Shown here in pieces: positions 19,134 through 28,073 of a DNA stretch of 40,948 nt. Position 1 is the first letter of the stretch; every line of letters starts with the position of its first letter. The stretch comes from a virus. Its lineage: Duplodnaviria; Caudoviricetes. The stretch is taken from positions 1-40,948 of the IMG/VR virus record IMGVR_UViG_3300025608_000040, one strand, 5' to 3'. The notes below the pieces were generated by a model. The model was given only the letters and a program-made list of their open reading frames with translations, did no database searches and was not told where the DNA came from. A program made the translations under genes and the position numbers.

Positions 19134-20366
19134 TTAGTGTAGGTAAGTAACACCTATTATAGTACCAACTCGAGGGGTACCTAACAATCTTAAATTAGTT
19201 CTCCCCGACACTTCGAAAGACTCACCTTCTTGTTGTGTAAGTCCATTTAAATCAAAACTAACCACACTGTCAATAGTGTTTAGTGTTGTAAATTCTAAAG
19301 AAGTACCATCATAGGTAAAAGTTTCTGTTGATACTTGTCTTGGGTTACCCGAACTATCAATATATACGTTTGATTTTCCCTTGTAATATTTTATACTTAT
19401 TTGAGAATTCTCTCGAGGTGGGGAACTAAATGAAATTTTAGACGTGTATCCAACATGGAAAAAATCAACATCTCGTGTTTGAACTATACCATTAATTTCC
19501 ACAGTAAAAAGAATACCTATTGATTCACCAACACTAAAAACGGTATCGGTACCATTTGATGTGTATTTTGCAATTGTGATCTCAACATTTTTAGTCATAA
19601 ACTTTTTCTCATAATTGTTAGAATTTATAAATTCATTCATAAGGAAAAGTCTACTTACAGCTGGTTTTATATCAAACTCTTCTTCGTCAATTAAAAAACC
19701 AAGTAATGTGAATTTATAATTTTGTAAATAAAATCTACGTGATTCAATATCCACAGGTGTGTTATCTTCAATAGAGTCTAAAACAATCGGAACATAATGT
19801 CCTTTTACTGTTGTGTATGCTTGACGAGAAGAAAATTTCTGTAAAACAATTTGATTAAATTTATTTAAATCTCTAAAACGAGTACATAGAATTGTCACTT
19901 CATATGTTATATCAACAGCAACTGGTTGTGGGATACGGTATATGTCAGCACCCATTTGAGTACCATTCCATGTGGGTACCGAAGCGTAGTGAAATTGTTG
20001 TCTATCAGGTATTGTTCTTTGTAAACTTGGGTTAGTACCGGGTTGTACGTCAGGTCTTCTAACAACACTAATAAATGGAAGTTTTATGTTACCATCTAAA
20101 TCTGATATATCCCATGTATTTGTAAACTCACCCCATCTTTGTAGTGTTAAAATTTTTGGTATAACAGGAATTTCTTCACCACCTGAAACGGTTTTGAAAT
20201 TGTTTTTCACAAAGTCTAACATACCTAAATCTAAATCATCATGTAAAACAGAGTCAGGTAAGAACGAGTCGCCCTTAGTTATTTTATCTAAGAGTTCTTG
20301 TCTTCTCTCAACGAGTTCATTTCCATGATAAACACTTATGTCGTTTTTTTTCTTTGGTCTTGCCAT
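19134..20366 (-). CDS. tail completion/terminator protein (T4 gp15-like) with two C-terminal beta-rich domains
   Basis: 'LPFISVVR...PQPVAVDITYEVTI...DLNKFNQIVLQKF' is gp15-like; C-terminal duplicated 'GTDTVF...INGIVQ' / 'GTSLEF...LNGLTQ' modules. Confidence 0.6.
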   Translation of the reverse strand: MARPKKKNDISVYHGNELVERRQELLDKITKGDSFLPDSVLHDDLDLGMLDFVKNNFKTVSGGEEIPVIPKILTLQRWGEFTNTWDISDLDGNIKLPFISVVRRPDVQPGTNPSLQRTIPDRQQFHYASVPTWNGTQMGADIYRIPQPVAVDITYEVTILCTRFRDLNKFNQIVLQKFSSRQAYTTVKGHYVPIVLDSIEDNTPVDIESRRFYLQNYKFTLLGFLIDEEEFDIKPAVSRLFLMNEFINSNNYEKKFMTKNVEITIAKYTSNGTDTVFSVGESIGILFTVEINGIVQTRDVDFFHVGYTSKISFSSPPRENSQISIKYYKGKSNVYIDSSGNPRQVSTETFTYDGTSLEFTTLNTIDSVVSFDLNGLTQQEGESFEVSGRTNLRLLGTPRVGTIIGVTYLH

Positions 20367-20878
20367 TATACACCTCTAAATTCTACTTCTTGTGCTGGAA
20401 CACATGTTATGGTTCTATAGTATGGTTTAAAACCAAACATATTATGTTTATTGTCAGACGTTACTTTTCCGTCATTACTTACGGTATAATACCTAACTTT
20501 TTCCTCAGTTTCGGGATAACCAATAAAATCACCATACTTTAAGTCAATACCTAAATCTTTTAATTGTTTTAAATAAACAGAAAGTATTAGATTTCCGGGT
20601 TCATTATACCTAACCATACCATTCTTATAGTTATTGTTTTTTGGAGATTCAACCCTTACCAATGCGTTAAATTCAACGGGTGGATAAAATTTGATTTGAT
20701 CTTTACCAACTTCGGCATAAACGGCATCGGTATCAGTACTATCACTGTCAACACGGTAAAGTATTAATTTCATATTAAGGTCACCATGAAGGTATTCCTC
20801 ACCTATCTGAACATTCAAATCAAAATCTTCATTTGAAAAGAATTTACTTAATCTTGTAATTGGTACCTTTTTATTCAT
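20366..20878 (-). CDS. neck/head-closure protein (T4 gp14-like)
   Basis: 'ILYRVD....TDAVYAE', 'LKDLGIDLKYGDFI'; translationally coupled to the gp15-like gene. Confidence 0.55.
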   Translation of the reverse strand: MNKKVPITRLSKFFSNEDFDLNVQIGEEYLHGDLNMKLILYRVDSDSTDTDAVYAEVGKDQIKFYPPVEFNALVRVESPKNNNYKNGMVRYNEPGNLILSVYLKQLKDLGIDLKYGDFIGYPETEEKVRYYTVSNDGKVTSDNKHNMFGFKPYYRTITCVPAQEVEFRGV

Positions 20879-20930
20879 ATAGATAAATAGTTTAAAATGT
20901 CATTTGATTTCGTTATATTTAATTTAATAT

Positions 20931-22682
20931 ATGGAAAGACGAATACCAGAAATAGAGGCGAGGGAAATTGTAACGGGGTATACGGGTTATAATAATCAAA
21001 TATTATCGTGGAAGAAAAAATTTGAAACGGCTAAAAACCATACATTAACTCGTCCACAATCCGATTATGTGTTAAAACATTGGCAAACAGTCCCTAAAGT
21101 TGCTCGAAAATATATTGAAATATCCGAACATTTTGGACAAAAATTAATGGATGATAGGTTATTGACTGAACCCGTAAAATACGTGTGGGTTGAGAAATTA
21201 CTTTGTGAAAGTGATATGGCATTTAACATTTGGGGTAATATCAATAAAGATTTACCATTTATGTCAATGTGGTTACCTAAAGCGGCTGTAATTCAGGAAG
21301 AGAAGACTTTAGACAGGGAAATTGATTACTCACCTTATAGTCATAGACCACCTATGGAACACCAAAAAGTCGCAATTGAGAAGTTACTTGCGAATAGTCA
21401 TTTTATTTTGGCGGATGATATGGGTTTAGGGAAGACAACAAGTACAGTCATTGCATCCATTGAAAGTGACGTTAAAAAGGTATTAATAGTGTGTCCCGCA
21501 TCTTTAAAAATCAATTGGAAGAGAGAAATTGAAGAATATACAGATGAAAAAACAATTATTGTTGAAGGTAGGAAATGGGGATCAACGTTTAAATATTACA
21601 TCATAAATTATGACATCTTAAAAAACTTCCATACAACAGAGAATAATGAAGATTTTAAAACAATAGTAAATGAGGGGTTCGATTTGGCAATTGTTGACGA
21701 AGCACATTATATATCTAATTCTCAAGCACAAAGAACTAAACTTTTAAATGATATTTTAAATAAGATACCTAAAGTGTGGTTATTGACAGGTACACCAATG
21801 ACTTCAAGACCCATAAATTTTTATAATTTACTTAAGATTGTAAAATCACCACTAACATTGAATTGGAAAACTTATGTCCTTAGATATTGTAAGGGATACC
21901 AATTTAGGGTCGGAGGAAGAAAAATATGGAATACAAGTGGTGCCAGCAATCTCAGTGAACTAAGAGATCAAACAAAGGCGGTAGTACTAAGAAGATTAAA
22001 AACGGACGTACTTGACCTACCTGAAAAAATCATATCACCAATATGGTTAGAAATGAAGAGTTCTTTTTACGATGATGAATTAACGGAGTTTTTAAGGATC
22101 ACAGAAGAACAAAAAACTAAAGAGAGTATAACCGTAACCCTTAACCGTTTAATGAGGTTACGTCAACTAATTGCTATCGATAAAGTGGAACATACATGTG
22201 AACTTATTGATAGGGTTTTAGAACAAGATCGCAAAGTTATTGTATTTACAAATTTTACGGTGTCTTTAGATATGTTAAAAGAAAAATACAAGAAAAAGTG
22301 TGTGGTACTTGACGGACGAATGTCAAAAGATGTTAGACAAATGTCTGTTGACAGATTTCAAAATGATGATAAAGTTAAGATCTTTATAGGTAATATTAAA
22401 GCGGCTGGTGTTGGTATTACTCTAACTGCGGCAGATGTCGTTATAATGAACGATTTGTCTTTTGTTCCCGCAGATCACTCACAAGCGGAAGATAGGGCAT
22501 ATAGATTTGGTCAGAAAAATAGTGTATTGGTATATTACCCTATTTTTGAAAACACTATAGAAATGACCATCTATAATATTTTACAAAAAAAGAAGAATGT
22601 AATTGATGAAGTGATGGGTGATGGTGAATATTCCGAAACGTTCGGATCCGAATTAGTCAAGTCTATTGGTAAAAAACAATAG
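20931..22682 (+). CDS. SNF2-family helicase/translocase (SMARCAL1-like)
   Basis: Walker A 'LADDMGLGKT', 'DEAH' box, 'LLTGTP', 'AAGVGITLT' and 'QAEDRAYRFGQ' motifs. Confidence 0.92.
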   Translation: MERRIPEIEAREIVTGYTGYNNQILSWKKKFETAKNHTLTRPQSDYVLKHWQTVPKVARKYIEISEHFGQKLMDDRLLTEPVKYVWVEKLLCESDMAFNIWGNINKDLPFMSMWLPKAAVIQEEKTLDREIDYSPYSHRPPMEHQKVAIEKLLANSHFILADDMGLGKTTSTVIASIESDVKKVLIVCPASLKINWKREIEEYTDEKTIIVEGRKWGSTFKYYIINYDILKNFHTTENNEDFKTIVNEGFDLAIVDEAHYISNSQAQRTKLLNDILNKIPKVWLLTGTPMTSRPINFYNLLKIVKSPLTLNWKTYVLRYCKGYQFRVGGRKIWNTSGASNLSELRDQTKAVVLRRLKTDVLDLPEKIISPIWLEMKSSFYDDELTEFLRITEEQKTKESITVTLNRLMRLRQLIAIDKVEHTCELIDRVLEQDRKVIVFTNFTVSLDMLKEKYKKKCVVLDGRMSKDVRQMSVDRFQNDDKVKIFIGNIKAAGVGITLTAADVVIMNDLSFVPADHSQAEDRAYRFGQKNSVLVYYPIFENTIEMTIYNILQKKKNVIDEVMGDGEYSETFGSELVKSIGKKQ

Positions 22683-23543
22683 GGACGAATCAAAAACAAG
22701 GTACACGTTATCACTATACACTTTCTCTATTAGGTTAATATCAATTTTAAATACAATAATATCTTCACGATAAGTGAATGACATGTAATCAATATCTTCG
22801 TATTGTTTTAATGATGTTGTTACCTTTATTTTATAATTACCTTCAGGTGTGATCACCCAACCACCAGATGATTTAACTTGATTAGTTTCTTCTTTATCTT
22901 CGAATTTTATAACTCCGTCAATACCCTTAAAATCCTGATCACTACCACCTGACATAATATCATCATCCACATAAGAAATTGACTCAGTCCAAATTAATTT
23001 GTGATTTTCAGAAATTAGTTTTTGTGATCTATTTCCTGCACTAACACACTGAGTCTTTATTTCATCTAAAGTGTCTTTAATTTTACCATCATCGAATATT
23101 TCGAATCTGTGTTCGTACAGATACTCACAAAATTGATCTACCGTTTCAACAAGACTTTCATGATCGAACCCGTCGTCGGTTCTTTTATATGGTAAAATAT
23201 AACCATACTTATCCTTTAGGAATTTTTCTAAAAATTTATGATGTGTGTAATTTGTGTTGGTAAAATTAACACCTGAACGGTGGTCATATTCATCAGTCTT
23301 AGGATTAAAATCGTATACCCCAATAGCCGATAAATTACCACTCGGTGTCATCACCTTTCCAAATCTTGGTAAACCCTGAGTCTTCCAAATACCCCAAACC
23401 ATTTTTGAAATTGAATGACTTAATTTAGTTTTTAGTGGTTGAATAGAATGAATGTATCTCCACACATCAACTTTTTTACGGTTTAATTTATTAATTCTTC
23501 TATGTTTTTCTCTTATTTTCTCTAATTGTTCTTCACTTACCAT
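22653..23543 (-). CDS. hypothetical protein with possible PD-(D/E)XK nuclease domain
   Basis: C-terminal 'DQDFKGIDGVI...TNQVKS' resembles the D...(Q/E)xK nuclease active-site pattern. Confidence 0.5.
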   Translation of the reverse strand: MVSEEQLEKIREKHRRINKLNRKKVDVWRYIHSIQPLKTKLSHSISKMVWGIWKTQGLPRFGKVMTPSGNLSAIGVYDFNPKTDEYDHRSGVNFTNTNYTHHKFLEKFLKDKYGYILPYKRTDDGFDHESLVETVDQFCEYLYEHRFEIFDDGKIKDTLDEIKTQCVSAGNRSQKLISENHKLIWTESISYVDDDIMSGGSDQDFKGIDGVIKFEDKEETNQVKSSGGWVITPEGNYKIKVTTSLKQYEDIDYMSFTYREDIIVFKIDINLIEKVYSDNVYLVFDSSLLFFTNRLD

Positions 23544-23596
23544 AATAATCGTGTAGTTATTCGTAATATAAACTATTTATATTAATAAATCAAGTT

Positions 23597-24715
23597 ATGG
23601 CAAGTACAATTATAACACCAACAAATAAAGAGAAGTTATATTCACAGGTTTTTCATCTTTTAGGTATGCCAATTAGGTCTATAGAATTGACTGAAGAACA
23701 AATGGATACTTTTCTTGAATTAGCGCTTGATGAATATGAGCAGTATGTAAGTGATTGGTTAATCGAATCACAATGGTCATCATTGGCGGGATTAAATGTG
23801 GACACACAATCATTAACGAGAGCATTCACTACAAGATCTGTTGATTATGAAACTCAGTATTCTCACGCATATTCTAAAATAGTGGGGTTACAAACTGGTG
23901 GTGACTCAATCTTAAAACAAGATAAAATACAATTGGTGGCAAACCAACAAGTATATGAAATTCCCGCGGGTAGAGAAATAAACGAACTACTGTGGTTTAC
24001 AAGGGCGGAATTGACGGATTCTATCGTTGACCCCTTCTTAGGTGGTTTTGGTGGTCTCGGTGGTGTTGGTTCTGGTGGTGTGGGTGGTTTTGCTCAGATG
24101 GGAACCTCAGGTTCATACTTTATGATGCCGGCTTATGATCTATTGGCAAGAATGCAAGATAGAGGTTTAAAAAACCGTTTGATTGGTGGGGAATTAACTT
24201 ATCGAATAACTGCTGGTCCTGAAGGAAAGAAATATGTACACTTACATAACACACCAGGTGGTAGATTTGACTTTGGTTCTGTACAACAACACAACTATTA
24301 TGTTTGGTATTGGTATTACGATACTCACGACAGAGATGATTGTTTAGATAAAAATAAAGACGTTGTAAAACTACCATCCGACATTGAAACTGAAGAACTT
24401 ACATGGGAAACCTTAAACAGACCCGCACAAAATTGGGTTCGTAAATATTTAATTGCATATTCAAAAGAAGGGTTAGGTAGAGTATATTCTAAATTCTCTG
24501 GTGATTTAAGAGTTCCCGATAGTGAAGTTAAATTAGATTATAATTCACTTTTAACTGAAGGTAAGGATGAAAAATTAAAATTAATCGAAGAATTAACACA
24601 GAGATTAGAGAGGTTAAGACCTGATAAGATGTTGGAGAGAAAAGGTAATGAAGCTGAGAACTTAAATAAATCATTAAAATACAGACCATTCCCGTCACCA
24701 TTTACGGCAATATAA
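23597..24715 (+). CDS. neck/head-tail adaptor protein (T4 gp13-like)
   Basis: 'LGMPIRSIELTEEQMDTFLELAL' and 'WVRKYLIAYSKEGLGRVYSKF...VKLDYNSLLTEGKDEK..L.EEL' are gp13-like. Confidence 0.75.
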   Translation: MASTIITPTNKEKLYSQVFHLLGMPIRSIELTEEQMDTFLELALDEYEQYVSDWLIESQWSSLAGLNVDTQSLTRAFTTRSVDYETQYSHAYSKIVGLQTGGDSILKQDKIQLVANQQVYEIPAGREINELLWFTRAELTDSIVDPFLGGFGGLGGVGSGGVGGFAQMGTSGSYFMMPAYDLLARMQDRGLKNRLIGGELTYRITAGPEGKKYVHLHNTPGGRFDFGSVQQHNYYVWYWYYDTHDRDDCLDKNKDVVKLPSDIETEELTWETLNRPAQNWVRKYLIAYSKEGLGRVYSKFSGDLRVPDSEVKLDYNSLLTEGKDEKLKLIEELTQRLERLRPDKMLERKGNEAENLNKSLKYRPFPSPFTAI

Positions 24716-24719
24716 AATA

Positions 24720-24773
24720 GGTCGGGGATATGTCAATAATTCAGGCTTAATTAAATAATTAATACCCCCGACC
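24720..24773. terminator. long inverted repeat between convergent neck and polymerase genes (terminator or processing stem)
   Basis: GGTCGGGGATAT...ATACCCCCGACC arms; on the minus strand the stem extends via G-U pairs and is followed by TATTTT. Confidence 0.55.
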
Positions 24774-24782
24774 CTTCATTTC

Positions 24783-27542
24783 TTAAATTGGAAAATCCAA
24801 AAGTTCCCTGTTTGTTTTAACCCAATGTTGGTCAACATGTTTTATACTGTCTTCTAAATATAAAAAGAAAGGGTCTCTTTTTATTTTATTCCAAAATTTA
24901 ATTTCGGTTTCTGATAGTGTCATAACATCATTATACTCATCTTGACTACCAACCTTCATAGGGTTACCCGAGTCCAATTTACATTGTGTTGGTGTAAAAT
25001 ACTGTCTTTTTTTAGGGTCATCAACTAAGATGTCGTCACGAATCTCAGGATTAAATACAACCATTAGAGGTTCAATTCTTTTATTGAATGTATTAATATA
25101 ACGAGCAATATTGTATTCACCTTTCATTTCAGGATTATCAGACATTTCCTTTTCCGTAATCATGTAACAATTAATTTTAACCTCGTCTGTTTTGGGTTTT
25201 TTTGAAACATCACCATGTGATTTTGCAGTACCATTGTTTACATAAAAAATAGTCTCCCCAAGACCCGCAGGATAATCATTTGCCATAATTAATTCCATAT
25301 GTGCCTTACGAGACATCAGAGAACCACTTTTTGTTCTTTTTTGTATGTGTTTTTTATAATCATCAATACTCTGTTTTACCCTCGACTTATTAGCAATTTT
25401 AGCTAATGGTATATCTTGATTATATATTGTCTCAATATAAGAGTAATAATACTCAATAAATTCGTGTCCTTTACCGTCAAGTAGTAACTTTAACCCGTGG
25501 TCAAGAAAATCAACAATATAACCAGAAAGGTTCTTTGATTTAATTGTATTACCCGTCAACTTTACACCGCCATTCGGTTTTTTCAATACGTAATTTTTTC
25601 GTGCAATATTAATTGTTGCGGGACAAACATAATCAATGTCAAGTCCCATCTCATTCCTCATGAAAATATCATTAAATTCTGCGGTATCGGCTTCAAGACC
25701 TTCATACTCCTTATCTTTAATAACAAGATCATTCAGTCCTTTACCTATGTATTTCCGAGTTTTCATGTCGGGTGGTGCTGAAAAGTTTACACCATCAGTA
25801 TCCATCACTAATGGTTTATACCCTCTACTTTGGAAAAACATAATCATCATCCTTAGACTTTGTCTCCCAACACACGTAATAGTTTCACCCATATCCATAT
25901 CACCCCATGGGAAAACGTGAGGTGCCGATAAGGAACCAAAATACGCATTAATGAATATTTTTATCGGTAGTTGTTTCCTATCATATTTTTGTGATAATTC
26001 GGGGTCTGATTTAGAATGTTCGGCGGCCAATAATTTATAGTTAATACGAACATCTCGGAAATACTTTAACATGGATTTTTGTACTCCCATTACGTCACAG
26101 TCAGGAAAAACATCGTAAACTAATTGAATCGATGGATAAAGTGAAGAGTAATCAAATTTAACAACATCAGTCTCGTAACCTACGTTTAATAATCTTGATA
26201 ATCCACCCGTAATTGGTCTACGTTCGTCTTTCTTAGGTATTGATAAATCATGTTTATATGACCATGCTAACATTATTAACTTCCATAACGTGGCGGTCCC
26301 CATCGTTGAAACTCTTTCATATGTTGCAGGTACCACTTTAGATAGTAGAAATGTTGATTGACTAAATGAGTCATCAACAACCATTGTCTCGTATAAATCA
26401 TCGTCAAGATACTGTTCAACAATTTTTCTACCTGTCCATACTTCATATACATTGGGAAATCTTGTAAGTAGGTCTTCAGTACCCGGATCTCCAATTTTCT
26501 TATACTTACCCGTTTTAGGGTTTACGTAAAAACTTTCGTTATCGAGATATATGTTGGAAATCTGTGACCCCTCAACATACACACGATTTTCTTTTTCCGC
26601 ACCAAGATATTTTGTTATGTATTTCAAACCCCATGATTTGATATCTGAATTTATGGCTTGTGCTCTTCTAACTGAATGTGCAATATCAAGAATATTCATA
26701 CCCCATATAATGTGTTGAGTATAGTATTCGACTTCGTTAGCCAATTTCAACATCCCCTCACGTTCCTTAATACCTTGTCTGTGGAATATCTGAGTATGTT
26801 CCTTTGGATCAATTCCTAAAATTTCACATCTCTTTAGTATAAATGGAAAATCAAAAAACGCCGAGTTATAACCCGCAATTGTTGTTGGTTTTAATTCTCT
26901 AACATGTTTGAAGAATTCAATAATACACCTCTTTTCACCATCGTCACCAAACGCATCAATAATACTTACAAAATCACGGTTATCCTTCATCCCAATAAGA
27001 ATGATTCTATCAACCTCAGGATCAAGACCCGTGGTTTCAATATCGAAAACTAATCGATGAACATCGGAGTATTCGTCTAAACCTTTAAAAAGTCTTTTTT
27101 CTTTTTGAATTAAAAATTGTTCTTTAGGGTTTAATAGTATGAACTTATGTCTAACATCCTCATCCCACGGATTAATTCCACCTTGTCTAAAAAAATCTAA
27201 CAAAGATCCATAACCCTTACTACTTTTTACTAAGTAATTATAACCCTCAATTAGGCGTTGATTTCCCTTATCGTCTAATTTTTCAATTTTAATTCCATAC
27301 TCTATCATCTTACTACGTTGTCGAGACTTATCTCTCCCGTAGAAGTTTAGATCACTAATATCACTAACCCAAAGAAATGGTGTTAAACTATCTTTACGGA
27401 TAATTTTACCCAATTCGGGGTCTTGTATTATTTTATAAATTGTGTTTGTTTTGTACTCGTATTCGATACCTACGATATACTTTTCGGGGTCGGATCCGTT
27501 TAGGAATTCTTCGATTACCTCCTGTGAGATTATCTCCTTCAT
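24783..27542 (-). CDS. family B DNA polymerase with 3'-5' exonuclease
   Basis: ExoI 'FDIETTG', ExoII 'YNSAFFDFPFI', ExoIII 'YLDDD', motif A 'DYSSLYPS', motif B 'KIFINAYFG', motif C 'DTDG'. ATG at 27542; the ORF track starts one codon earlier at TTG. Confidence 0.95.
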   Translation of the reverse strand: MKEIISQEVIEEFLNGSDPEKYIVGIEYEYKTNTIYKIIQDPELGKIIRKDSLTPFLWVSDISDLNFYGRDKSRQRSKMIEYGIKIEKLDDKGNQRLIEGYNYLVKSSKGYGSLLDFFRQGGINPWDEDVRHKFILLNPKEQFLIQKEKRLFKGLDEYSDVHRLVFDIETTGLDPEVDRIILIGMKDNRDFVSIIDAFGDDGEKRCIIEFFKHVRELKPTTIAGYNSAFFDFPFILKRCEILGIDPKEHTQIFHRQGIKEREGMLKLANEVEYYTQHIIWGMNILDIAHSVRRAQAINSDIKSWGLKYITKYLGAEKENRVYVEGSQISNIYLDNESFYVNPKTGKYKKIGDPGTEDLLTRFPNVYEVWTGRKIVEQYLDDDLYETMVVDDSFSQSTFLLSKVVPATYERVSTMGTATLWKLIMLAWSYKHDLSIPKKDERRPITGGLSRLLNVGYETDVVKFDYSSLYPSIQLVYDVFPDCDVMGVQKSMLKYFRDVRINYKLLAAEHSKSDPELSQKYDRKQLPIKIFINAYFGSLSAPHVFPWGDMDMGETITCVGRQSLRMMIMFFQSRGYKPLVMDTDGVNFSAPPDMKTRKYIGKGLNDLVIKDKEYEGLEADTAEFNDIFMRNEMGLDIDYVCPATINIARKNYVLKKPNGGVKLTGNTIKSKNLSGYIVDFLDHGLKLLLDGKGHEFIEYYYSYIETIYNQDIPLAKIANKSRVKQSIDDYKKHIQKRTKSGSLMSRKAHMELIMANDYPAGLGETIFYVNNGTAKSHGDVSKKPKTDEVKINCYMITEKEMSDNPEMKGEYNIARYINTFNKRIEPLMVVFNPEIRDDILVDDPKKRQYFTPTQCKLDSGNPMKVGSQDEYNDVMTLSETEIKFWNKIKRDPFFLYLEDSIKHVDQHWVKTNRELLDFPI

Positions 27543-27614
27543 CAATATAAATGTTTTAAATTAGTTGACACATTATCTTACAACATCAATGGACACTGTA
27601 GTTAGTCTTTGGTA

Positions 27615-27645
27615 CAAATATATTAAAAAATAATTAAAAAATCAA
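27615..27645 (-). promoter_or_regulatory. promoter for DNA polymerase (TTGATT-N17-TATATTTG)
   Basis: Minus-strand TATATTTG matches the Bacteroidota TAnnTTTG -7 consensus exactly. Confidence 0.6.
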
Positions 27646-27685
27646 GATAATTAATGTCGTTTTCTCTCTTAATGTTTGGACACTT

Positions 27686-28054
27686 TTAAATTATATTGAT
27701 AAAGAGTTTTTCTTTGATTGGTACAATTAATTTGTTTGTTGGTGATAAATCGGTATCTCTAAACTGTATATTAACAATACCTTCGAATTTTCCTGATTCA
27801 TTTGTTTGGTCTTCAGTAAATCTAAAAGTGATGTAATATTCTTCGGTTGTTTGATCATACTTTTTAGTTCTTGTTGTTAAAAAACAACTCTCACCCAAAA
27901 TAACGGGTGTTAATGTCTCCGTTTCATACATATCAAATGTTATGTCCGCATTTTCTAATAAATCATTTAGTGATGATTTATCATTTCTCCCATCATCAAC
28001 TAAACGTAGTTTTAATATTGGGTCTGTCGATCCTTTTCTTATAAAAAATTCCAT
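27686..28054 (-). CDS. BppU-N/Ig-like baseplate or fibre-attachment protein
   Basis: 'FFIRKGSTDPILKLRL...FTEDQTNESGKFEGIVNIQF...LIVP...LFINI' resembles the BppU N-terminal domain pattern. Confidence 0.5.
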   Translation of the reverse strand: MEFFIRKGSTDPILKLRLVDDGRNDKSSLNDLLENADITFDMYETETLTPVILGESCFLTTRTKKYDQTTEEYYITFRFTEDQTNESGKFEGIVNIQFRDTDLSPTNKLIVPIKEKLFINII

Positions 28055-28073
28055 ATCAATAAATACTTAAATT

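Noticed and set aside
24041-24100. Gly-rich GGFGGLGGVGSGGVGG segment in the neck protein
   Set aside because: Appears to be a low-complexity loop in a gp13-like protein; no evidence of a separate element.
20931-27542. Inteins or introns in helicase and polymerase
   Set aside because: Catalytic motifs are spaced normally; no intein C/S...HN termini or LAGLIDADG blocks were seen and the frames are uninterrupted.
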